DNA of 64,000 nt from Thermodesulfobacteriota bacterium (GTDB lineage Bacteria; Desulfobacterota; Binatia; Bin18), in assembly GCA_964291405.2 (NCBI GenBank), contig OZ219926.1, forward strand, positions 4,096,001-4,160,000, given 5' to 3'. The position numbers and the translations under genes were made by a program. This document shows, in pieces, positions 48,100-56,190 of this stretch. The notes under the pieces were generated by a model, which saw nothing but the letters and a program-made list of their open reading frames with translations, did not search any database and was not told the DNA's origin. Each line of letters starts with the position of its first letter. Within the stretch, counting starts at the first letter, position 1.

Positions 48100-49839
48100 A
48101 TGCATATTGCCTCGGTACTCTCCCGTTTCTATCGGCTGTCGCCCTTTGTGAAGCCGTATGTGCGCAGAATCGGTTTCATCTTCCTCCTGTCCTCCTTTGG
48201 CACCGTTCTCGGTCTGCTCTGGCCGTTGTTTACCAAAATCCTGATTGACGATGTTTTGCTCGCACGCAACATATCGCTCTTGGTGACGCTGTGCGGGATC
48301 ATGCTGGGTGTCACGCTGCTCGGTTATGGGGTAGGGGCGATCAATCGCTATCTCTACACCCAGGTTACGGCACGCGTTTTATTTGCGCTCAGACAGCACC
48401 TCTTCGCCCATTTGCAGAAGCTCTCTCTCCGCTTCCATACCCAGGTCAAAGTGGGCGATCTCCTGTCGCGCCTGAATACCGATATTGCCGAGATTCAGTC
48501 CGTCCTCACCGACGCGGCCTTCACCTTTGTCACCAATATCTTCGTCCTGCTGGCAACCGTGGGATTTCTCATCTGGCTCAACTGGCGGCTCTTTCTGGTC
48601 AGCCTGCTCGTTATCCCGCTCCAAATATATGGGGTACGCAAAATACAGCCGTATATGGTCGAGGAAACCCGCAAGGTGCGCGAGTTGAACGCCTCGATTT
48701 CCGCCTTTCTGGTTGAGTCCCTGTCGGCCATCAAATTCGTCAAGCAGTTTGGTGCGGAGCCTACCCAATTGGGGCGTTTGGGCCGACTGGGTCAACGCTT
48801 TGTTGCGCTGGTGACACGGTTTGAAATGATCGGCTATATCGGCAGCACGACCGCGACGGCTACGACGTTTCTGGGCAGTACCCTGGTCACCCTCTACGGG
48901 GGCTATCTGGTGATTGAGGGCCAGATGAGTATTGGCAGTCTGGTTGCCTTCGCCGCCTACCAGTCGCGCGCCTTCAGTCCTATCCAGGTTCTAATGGACC
49001 TGTACCTACGCATCGAGCGGGCTGGCGTGTCCGTGGACCGGGTGTTCGAGTTTCTGGATATCGGACAGGAATATACCGAGCCGTCCGGCGGGACCTTACG
49101 CCCCGAAGGGCTACACGGGGAGATCGAATTTCGTGACGTATCGTTCGGCTATCAGACCAACGCTCCGGCCAGTCAGCCGGTGTTGCGTCAGGTGAGTTTT
49201 CTGGTGGGGGCCGGGCAGCGCCTGACCGTTCTGGGACCGAGCGGAACGGGCAAGTCCACGCTCGTCGACCTCCTGATACGGCTGTATGAGCCCCAGGCCG
49301 GGACCATCTGCCTGGACGGTCATGACGTGAGGGAGTTGGACCTGGTATGGCTACGTCAACATGTGGTCGTCATCGGCCACGAGCCCTTTCTATTTCACGC
49401 CTCGATTCTGGAAAACGTGTCGTACGCCAGCCCGGAGGCAAGCCGCGAAGAGATCGTTGCGGCGGTCACAGCAGTTGGCCTGCACGAGTATGTGACCACG
49501 TTGCCTGACGGTTACGAGACCACTGTGGGCGAACGGGGCACGCGCCTGTCGGCCGGACAGCGTCAGCGCATTGCCCTGGCCCGCGCCCTGCTCAAAAAGC
49601 CCCGGATTCTGGTGCTGGACGAAGCCCTGTCCGGCCTTGATGTCGAAAGCGAAGCCGACCTCCGTCAGACCTTGTCTGCGGTGATGCGAGGCTGCACGAC
49701 ACTCGTGGTGACCCATCGGTTGAGCTCTCTCCACGCCGACGATGCGGTTGTCGTGCTTAAGCACGGCGCGGTCGAGTGGCAGGGAACTTACCGGGAACTG
49801 ATCCGAGCGCCTGACATCTTACAGGCCGCCACCGGGTAG
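48100..49839 (+). CDS. qhpF: ABC exporter (TMD+NBD), QhpF-like
   Basis: TM domain, GPSGTGKST, LSAGQRQR, LVLDE; qhp context. The start is ATG 48100, not 47395. Confidence 0.75.
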   Translation: MHIASVLSRFYRLSPFVKPYVRRIGFIFLLSSFGTVLGLLWPLFTKILIDDVLLARNISLLVTLCGIMLGVTLLGYGVGAINRYLYTQVTARVLFALRQHLFAHLQKLSLRFHTQVKVGDLLSRLNTDIAEIQSVLTDAAFTFVTNIFVLLATVGFLIWLNWRLFLVSLLVIPLQIYGVRKIQPYMVEETRKVRELNASISAFLVESLSAIKFVKQFGAEPTQLGRLGRLGQRFVALVTRFEMIGYIGSTTATATTFLGSTLVTLYGGYLVIEGQMSIGSLVAFAAYQSRAFSPIQVLMDLYLRIERAGVSVDRVFEFLDIGQEYTEPSGGTLRPEGLHGEIEFRDVSFGYQTNAPASQPVLRQVSFLVGAGQRLTVLGPSGTGKSTLVDLLIRLYEPQAGTICLDGHDVRELDLVWLRQHVVVIGHEPFLFHASILENVSYASPEASREEIVAAVTAVGLHEYVTTLPDGYETTVGERGTRLSAGQRQRIALARALLKKPRILVLDEALSGLDVESEADLRQTLSAVMRGCTTLVVTHRLSSLHADDAVVVLKHGAVEWQGTYRELIRAPDILQAATG

Positions 49840-49861
49840 TGTTCGCACTTTTTCTCGCCTC

Positions 49862-50575
49862 TCACGTGTGACTCGTCTGTTGGAGATAGGTCCGGGCGGT
49901 TTCTGGCGTCAAGTCTGGGTGGCGCTCGGCCCGGAGGGCGAGCGTAGCGGCAATATGCGCTGAGGCAAAACTATGGCCGTAAAAGTTCTGCGTCTGGGCC
50001 GGGCCGGGCAGGGGGCGTGGATAGGGATGGGCACGAAAGGGAACCGGGCTGTCTGTGAGGGCGCGGTATTCGTCCCACGCGCAGCTTTCATCTGCGGCCA
50101 CGCCTATGACGCCGGGTAAGGTTGCGGGTAACACATCCGAGCGGTCCGGGGGAGAAGACGCAATCAGGATGAGCTTTGCTTCTTGTGCTTGGGCGACCAG
50201 GGCCGAGAGCGGCTGGCGATGCTGCGCGTTAATCATTCCCAGACTCAGACTGATGATTTTCATGCGCTGTCCAATGGCCCAGCCCAAGGCCGCTTCCAGA
50301 ACCGGAAATGAAGTGGCCAGATGGTCCGTAAAAATCTTAACCGCGTAGAGCTCGGCTTGGGGAGCTTTGGCACGGACCACCCCGGCGAGGGCGGTCCCGT
50401 GCCCGATGTGATCGGGGTACTCCGGGCTGGTCTGGACCTCGTTCTCCTCGTTCAAGAAAAAATGGATGCCGCCCGCGACGCTGCCAACATGCGAATGCTG
50501 GGCATTCACCCCGCTGTCGATAAGCGCGACTTTAACCCCCGCCCCGGTCGGCGCCCCGTCCCTGTCCTGACCCAT
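49862..50575 (-). CDS. qhpE: Short S8 subtilisin-like leader peptidase, QhpE-like
   Basis: VALIDSGV (Asp), HIGHGT (His), GHSFAS (Ser); no pro-domain or signal peptide. Confidence 0.8.
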   Translation of the reverse strand: MGQDRDGAPTGAGVKVALIDSGVNAQHSHVGSVAGGIHFFLNEENEVQTSPEYPDHIGHGTALAGVVRAKAPQAELYAVKIFTDHLATSFPVLEAALGWAIGQRMKIISLSLGMINAQHRQPLSALVAQAQEAKLILIASSPPDRSDVLPATLPGVIGVAADESCAWDEYRALTDSPVPFRAHPYPRPLPGPAQTQNFYGHSFASAHIAATLALRAERHPDLTPETARTYLQQTSHT

Positions 50576-50660
50576 GCCTTGTCCCTTGTAAGCAAAGCAT
50601 ACCAAATATGCCCGTTTATGCGAGGGAGAAAATGGTATCTACAACTCCGGTTCTTTCCAT

Positions 50661-50688
50661 TTGACTCTCACTCAGAGAGGTATAGAAT
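50661..50688 (+). promoter_or_regulatory. Putative sigma70 promoter of qhpA1
   Basis: TTGACT, 16-nt spacer, TAGAAT; a CTCTC-n5-GAGAG inverted repeat overlaps the spacer. Confidence 0.45.
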
Positions 50689-50744
50689 CCGGCTACTGCG
50701 TCAGAGATGGAGACCAGTGTTTCAGCCTGGAGGAGAGGACAGGT

Positions 50745-52424
50745 ATGACGACCGGAAAAACATGGAAACGTATGAGAAGGCACATCTGGGTATTGCTCGT
50801 GTTGGCGGGGCTCGTTGGCACGACCCATGATGTCAAGGCTGCGGAACACCAGGCGACGCCTTCCGCCCGAGAAACGTTGGTGATCCGCTGTATACGTTGC
50901 CACGCGCCGCAAGGAGAGAATGGCAAGCTTGACGCGATTGAAGCCCAGCGCAAGTCACCCGAAGGCTGGAGCATGACGCTCAGCCGTATGGTCCGAACGC
51001 ACGGGGTCGAATTGCAGGACGGAGATGCCCGCATTCTGGTCAAATATCTGAGCGATCACTACGGGCTGGCTCCCAAAGAAGTCGAGCCCTATCGCTTTAT
51101 TCTCGAACAGCGCAATACCCGCACCACGCAGGACGTGCCCAAGCCCCTCCAGGCTGGCTGTATCCAGTGCCATACCTACGCACGGATCGCCTTGCAGCGC
51201 CGGACGCAGGACTCGTGGGAGCGGCTGCCGGACGCCAAGGTCGCACTCATGGCGAATATCGGCAGTGAGACCGCCTCCGCCGGCCAGTTGAAGGATTATT
51301 GGTTTGATGATGCAAAGAAAGCTGCGGTGCCCCATCTGATCGAGCACCAGCCGTTTGAGACCGAAGCCTGGACGGCCTGGCAGGCGGCCAAAAAGCCGAG
51401 CTATGCCGGTACTTGGCTGGTGGTTGGCCATGACCCCGGCCGCGGCGGGGATTACACCGGGCAACTCACGCTGACCGCCGGGGAGGACGATCAATACACT
51501 GGCACATTTTCCTACACGTTTGCCGACGGCTCTCGGATGGAAGGCTCCACGACCGGGACGATATACACCGGCTTCCAGTGGCGCGGCGTTGCCCAAGCCA
51601 AGGAAAGTGGACCGGCCGGCCGGGAGATGCGACAGCGCGAGATTTTCTTTGCCTCCGAAGACGGGAACACCGTTTCCGGCCGGCGCTTGCTGACCAACCT
51701 CGGCGACCTGGGCATGAATGAAACCTGGTATCGCCGCCGGGGCGGGGCGCAGCTGCTGACGGTCAGTCCAGCCATGATCCAAACCGGCTCTCCCCAGACA
51801 GTAAATATTTTCGGGATGGGCTTCTCCGGGGACACGCTGTCGGCGGATAAAATTTCTTTTGGCGAGGGCGTGGGGGTGTTGTCCCTGCGGCTCGATGGCA
51901 ACCAGACGATTGTGGCGGAAGTCTTTGCCAAGGCTGGCGTGGCAGAAGGGCTGCGCACGGTCTCCATTCAAGGGGTGGCGGGAACGGGGCAGGTCGCGGT
52001 CTACGAGGCGGTCGATTACATCCGCATCACGCCGGAACGGGGCTTCGCCCGGCCCGGCGGCATTCGGACGCCAAAAATTTTTCAGCAGTACGAAGTGGTA
52101 GGCTATGCGAACGGCCCGGATAACGCCAAGGGCACGGACGACGATGTCAAGCTGGGACGGATCGGCCCGGTCAAGTGGAATCTGGAAGAGTACGTGAAAC
52201 GTCCGAACGACGACGATATTCAGTATGTCGGTGCGGTCGACCAAACCGGCCTGTTTCACCCCAACGAGGATGGGCCGAATCCCAAACGCCACCTGATGGA
52301 AGGTAATGTGGGCGATGTCTGGGTGGAAGCCTGGTATACGCCCGAGGGCGAAAAACGACCCATGGGCGCGCGCGCCCACTTATTAGTGATGCCGGCCAAG
52401 TTTGTCTTCCCACCGATTGAATAG
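50745..52424 (+). CDS. qhpA: Quinohemoprotein amine dehydrogenase alpha subunit (diheme c), copy 1
   Basis: CIRCH and CIQCH, QRKSPEGWSMTLSRM, YTGFQWRG, GPNPKR, PPIE; AGGAGAGG SD. Confidence 0.92.
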   Translation: MTTGKTWKRMRRHIWVLLVLAGLVGTTHDVKAAEHQATPSARETLVIRCIRCHAPQGENGKLDAIEAQRKSPEGWSMTLSRMVRTHGVELQDGDARILVKYLSDHYGLAPKEVEPYRFILEQRNTRTTQDVPKPLQAGCIQCHTYARIALQRRTQDSWERLPDAKVALMANIGSETASAGQLKDYWFDDAKKAAVPHLIEHQPFETEAWTAWQAAKKPSYAGTWLVVGHDPGRGGDYTGQLTLTAGEDDQYTGTFSYTFADGSRMEGSTTGTIYTGFQWRGVAQAKESGPAGREMRQREIFFASEDGNTVSGRRLLTNLGDLGMNETWYRRRGGAQLLTVSPAMIQTGSPQTVNIFGMGFSGDTLSADKISFGEGVGVLSLRLDGNQTIVAEVFAKAGVAEGLRTVSIQGVAGTGQVAVYEAVDYIRITPERGFARPGGIRTPKIFQQYEVVGYANGPDNAKGTDDDVKLGRIGPVKWNLEEYVKRPNDDDIQYVGAVDQTGLFHPNEDGPNPKRHLMEGNVGDVWVEAWYTPEGEKRPMGARAHLLVMPAKFVFPPIE

Positions 52425-52462
52425 CATGGTAGGGGTATAGGGACGGACTCTGGGAGGGCATA

Positions 52463-53926
52463 ATGGAATTACACTTCCGTGCGGAAAACGCCCACGCTAT
52501 AACGGAGGGCAACCAGAACATTCTGGTTGCGGCCAAAAGCATGTCCATGTTTGTCATGGACCCGGTCTCCCAGGCCGTCCTCGATTATGTGCAGGCGCAT
52601 CCGCACGCGATCCAGGAAGAGCTGACCGCCAGTCTGGCCGAGCACTTCCCGCTGGCCGAAATAACCGAGACGATCCAGGAATTTATCACCTTAGAAATCC
52701 TGCAAACCCAGGAGCGTTCCGCTACTCCCGCTCCCCTGCCGGTGCTCGACGTCGAGCATTTCCCGGTGAGTTCGCTCGTTGTCAACGTGGCCAATAAGTG
52801 TAACCTCCACTGCACCTACTGCTACGAACCCGAGGGGGCGAAATACGGCCCGTCGCCGGTCCAGATGGACTGGGAGACCGCGCGCGACAGCGTCGATTTT
52901 CTGTTCAAGAAGTCCGGCGCCAGCAAAGAGGTCAATTTGATTTTCTTTGGCGGAGAGGCGCTGCTGAACTTCAAGCTCATGCGTCGGACCGTCGCCTATG
53001 CGGAAGAAAAGGCCCAGGCCGAAGACAAGGTCGTCGACTTTTCGCTCACGACCAACGGAACGCTCTTAACCGACGAGGTAATCGACTTTTTCCAGGCCCA
53101 TCGCTTTGGCGTGACCATCAGCATTGATGGTCCCAAAGACCTGCACGACAAGCGGCGCGTTTTTCTTACAAAGCGGGGCGAACAGAAAGGCTCGTACGAT
53201 CTCTTACGGCCCCGCCTGGAACGCCTGCTGGAACGCTATACGGTCAGGCCGGTGGTCGCCCGGGTCACGGTCACAAAAGACGCCATCGATATCGTGCGCA
53301 CCTACGAGCATCTCACGCAGCTCGGTTTTTTTGAGGTTGGCTTTTCGCCGGTCACCGCCCAGGCCGAGACCGACTATGGCTTGGAGCCGGCCGATTTGCG
53401 TGAATTGCTGCGGCAGTTTCGCGAGCTTGGCGCGGTGTATATCGAGCGGGCGCTCAACCAGCAGTACACCGGGTTTTCAAATTTGAGCACCATGCTGACC
53501 GACATTCACCTGGGCACAAACAAGCTCTTTCCGTGCGGGGCCGGCCTGGGCCTGTTGGACGTGGACGGCAACGGTGATGTGTATTTATGTCATCGGTTTC
53601 CGGGCACCGAGGAACAAAAATACGGCAATGTCAAAGACGGCATTCAGTACGACCGGCTGAACGCCTTTATCAACGGTGCCCATCTGGGCAATAAGCCGGT
53701 ATGTCAGACCTGTTGGATTCGGGGCCTGTGCGGCGGCGGGTGCTACCACGAAGCCATGACCGAGTTTGGGGACACGGCACTGCCGAATCTGCACTACTGC
53801 GATTTCTTGCGGGAATGGACGGAATACGGCATTGGCGTGTATATGCAGTTGCAAGAACAAACCCCTGGGTTTGTCGAGCAGTATGTGTTACGCGGGCGTG
53901 GAGACGCCCCAAAAGAATTAACCTAA
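52463..53926 (+). CDS. qhpD: Radical SAM/SPASM thioether-forming maturase
   Basis: N-terminal RRE-like region, CNLHCTYC, FFGGE, SPASM CGAG...CH...CQTCWIRGLCGGGCYHE...YC. Confidence 0.92.
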   Translation: MELHFRAENAHAITEGNQNILVAAKSMSMFVMDPVSQAVLDYVQAHPHAIQEELTASLAEHFPLAEITETIQEFITLEILQTQERSATPAPLPVLDVEHFPVSSLVVNVANKCNLHCTYCYEPEGAKYGPSPVQMDWETARDSVDFLFKKSGASKEVNLIFFGGEALLNFKLMRRTVAYAEEKAQAEDKVVDFSLTTNGTLLTDEVIDFFQAHRFGVTISIDGPKDLHDKRRVFLTKRGEQKGSYDLLRPRLERLLERYTVRPVVARVTVTKDAIDIVRTYEHLTQLGFFEVGFSPVTAQAETDYGLEPADLRELLRQFRELGAVYIERALNQQYTGFSNLSTMLTDIHLGTNKLFPCGAGLGLLDVDGNGDVYLCHRFPGTEEQKYGNVKDGIQYDRLNAFINGAHLGNKPVCQTCWIRGLCGGGCYHEAMTEFGDTALPNLHYCDFLREWTEYGIGVYMQLQEQTPGFVEQYVLRGRGDAPKELT

Positions 53927-53939
53927 GGGAGAGTGTGGG

Positions 53940-54281
53940 ATGAAACACCTCAAGGCAGCGAACTCCAAGGCCCGGGCCGTCACCGCCAGTGTGGCACAAG
54001 CGACTTCCACCGAGGAAGACGTTATCGGGATGGCCCAACCCATCGGTTGTACGACGATCTTCAATCCGGGCTGGGAGGCGAATCCGTGGGGTGGAGCCAG
54101 CAGCATGTGCGCCCCCATGGAGGCCGACCTGCTGAGCTGTGCGAATCTGTGCTGGTGGCCGGCTCAGGTGCCGGACAGCCTCCAGAGTGCTCCCGAGTGG
54201 GCGAAAGGCTGCTCGGGCATGAATCAGGAAGACTGGCGCAACCTCGACGTTGTTTTCCCCAAGACCGATACGTCCGGATAA
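53940..54281 (+). CDS. qhpC: QHNDH gamma subunit (CTQ precursor), copy 1
   Basis: MKHLK leader (30 aa); core GC...PGWE...C-x-PMEADL..C...CWWPAQVPD with C7/E16, C27/D33, C37/W43 and C41/D49 conserved. Confidence 0.95.
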   Translation: MKHLKAANSKARAVTASVAQATSTEEDVIGMAQPIGCTTIFNPGWEANPWGGASSMCAPMEADLLSCANLCWWPAQVPDSLQSAPEWAKGCSGMNQEDWRNLDVVFPKTDTSG

Positions 54282-54306
54282 ACGCAGCGGGCGGAAGGAG
54301 CCGGTG

Positions 54307-55398
54307 GTGCACGGGAAAAACAGGCCGCTGCTGGGGGGTGTGCTCTTTGTGTTCGGACTGCTGGTCCTGCCGCAGACGACCTGGGCCAAGTGGTACCTCC
54401 TGGCCAGCACGCATCCCAACAACCTGGTCGTCGTCGATACCGAAACCGACACGGTGGTCAAAGACATTGCCCTTGAGGGTCGTGGGCCGGCGCTCTATAT
54501 CGCGCCAAACCCGGCCCAGCCGCAGTTCGCCTATGTCGTAAATAATCTGGCCAAAAGCGTTGCCATGGTCGATCTGGACGAGGGCAAGCAGGTCAAAAGC
54601 TTTGACTTGTCGAGCGACAACGAGCTCGTACGCACCATGGCGATCGATGTGAACATGCAGGGCACCCGGCTGTTCGTGCACGAAATGCCGGTTCAGCAAG
54701 ACATGGGCCGCTATACGGCCCGGGACAACCGGATACGGGTCATTGACCTGGAGACCAATGAGACGCTGACCACGTTTACCGCTCCCCGCCAGGTGATGGG
54801 ATTAGCCTCTTCAAAAGACGGCAAACGCCTCTATCTGTTCAGCGTCGGTCAGGACATTTTTGTGCACAGCACGGAAGACGGCAGCCTACTCGATGTCATT
54901 CCGCTGGCAAACCGCAACATCAGCGGCATTGCGAGAACCGACGGCCTGCCGCTCGGCGGGACCTATCAGGAAAGCGGCCACCTCGTCTCTTTCGGGACCT
55001 TCACCACCGATTCCATCACCAATCAGGTGACGCTCGGTATCGGCTCTCTCGACCTGACTCAGGAAGACCCGGAACTGAAGGTCGTTGAATTGCAGCCTTT
55101 TGTCGAAGGCGATTATGTGCTCACGGGTGCGCTGTCGCCGCATACGAACAAGGCCTATTTCGCATACAACAGTTTGTGGAAGGTTGACCCGAAAACCCGT
55201 CACATTGAGAAAAAGGTGTCGCTGTCCAACACCTATTTTGCGCCGCTCGTTCACCCCGAAGGCAAGAAGGTCTACTGCGGCAGCAACTGGCACGATGTCG
55301 CGGTCTACGACGCGGAATCACTCGACCTGATCACCAAAGTCCCCCTGGGCCATTCGCAGACCGGAGGGGTCAGTGTCTTGCGGTTTGTGAATCGTTAG
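54307..55398 (+). CDS. qhpB: QHNDH beta subunit (beta-propeller), copy 1
   Basis: Signal peptide, HPNNLVVVD, PRQV, propeller repeats; follows qhpC. GTG start after AAGGAG. Confidence 0.85.
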   Translation: MHGKNRPLLGGVLFVFGLLVLPQTTWAKWYLLASTHPNNLVVVDTETDTVVKDIALEGRGPALYIAPNPAQPQFAYVVNNLAKSVAMVDLDEGKQVKSFDLSSDNELVRTMAIDVNMQGTRLFVHEMPVQQDMGRYTARDNRIRVIDLETNETLTTFTAPRQVMGLASSKDGKRLYLFSVGQDIFVHSTEDGSLLDVIPLANRNISGIARTDGLPLGGTYQESGHLVSFGTFTTDSITNQVTLGIGSLDLTQEDPELKVVELQPFVEGDYVLTGALSPHTNKAYFAYNSLWKVDPKTRHIEKKVSLSNTYFAPLVHPEGKKVYCGSNWHDVAVYDAESLDLITKVPLGHSQTGGVSVLRFVNR

Positions 55399-55406
55399 CG
55401 CCCGGT

Positions 55407-56039
55407 ATGTCTCGGACGATACTTACCCGCCGAAATGTTCTCCAGGGGATCGGCACCGCCGCCCTTCTCGGCCAGGCGTACAGTCTGGCGCATGCCGTTG
55501 AAAAAGGCGACGCCGCCAGCTTCGCCTCGGTTGTGAAACGCCGGCGCATGATCCGTAAGTACGAGGACAGGCCGGTCCCTGAAGAAGAGATCCGAGCGCT
55601 GCTGCGCTACGCCGTGCGTGCGCCCAGCGCGGGGAATCTACAGCCGTGGGAGTTTATTCTGGTGCGTGACACCGAGGTCCGAGACCAACTCGCCAAGGCG
55701 GCGATGAATCAGAACTCGGTTGCCACCGCGCCGATTATTGTTGCCACCTGTGCCGATATCCAACGCATGGGTGAGAAATACGGCACGCGCGGCGCTTTTT
55801 ATAGTTTAGTGGATACCGCGTTTGCCTCATTACTCATTTTGTTAGGCGCAACCGAGCGCGGGCTCGGGGCCTGCTTTGTTGGCGCGTACAATCCGGAAGA
55901 AGTCGCCAAGATATTGCAACTGCCCAGCCACGTCCGTCCGGTCGGACTCATCACCCTCGGTTATCCTGCGGAAAAGCCACGCAAACCGACGAACAAGAAA
56001 ATCCCGCTCGAGAACCTGATCCACGAGAATACGTGGTAG
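55407..56039 (+). CDS. Nitroreductase-family flavoprotein with Tat-like signal
   Basis: TRRNVL...AHA signal; RRMIRKY, APSAGNLQPWEF, GLGACFVG, LGYP. Confidence 0.85.
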   Translation: MSRTILTRRNVLQGIGTAALLGQAYSLAHAVEKGDAASFASVVKRRRMIRKYEDRPVPEEEIRALLRYAVRAPSAGNLQPWEFILVRDTEVRDQLAKAAMNQNSVATAPIIVATCADIQRMGEKYGTRGAFYSLVDTAFASLLILLGATERGLGACFVGAYNPEEVAKILQLPSHVRPVGLITLGYPAEKPRKPTNKKIPLENLIHENTW

Positions 56040-56190
56040 GCGCGGGAATCGTATCCCTCTTATTTTTTGTTACACAGGAGGCTTGTCTGTTGACAGTGCT
56101 TTTTGTAGTGGACTATAGGCGGTAGTAGGTGTTGAGCACAGGTGAGGACGAGCGAAGAGTGATTGCAGGGCTGTAATGGAGGGCATGATC

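Noticed and set aside
50955-52379. Long antisense ORFs (also 762-1841, 20429-21634, 57145-58176, 59200-60294)
   Set aside because: Shadow frames of well-supported GC-rich genes, with no recognisable motifs.
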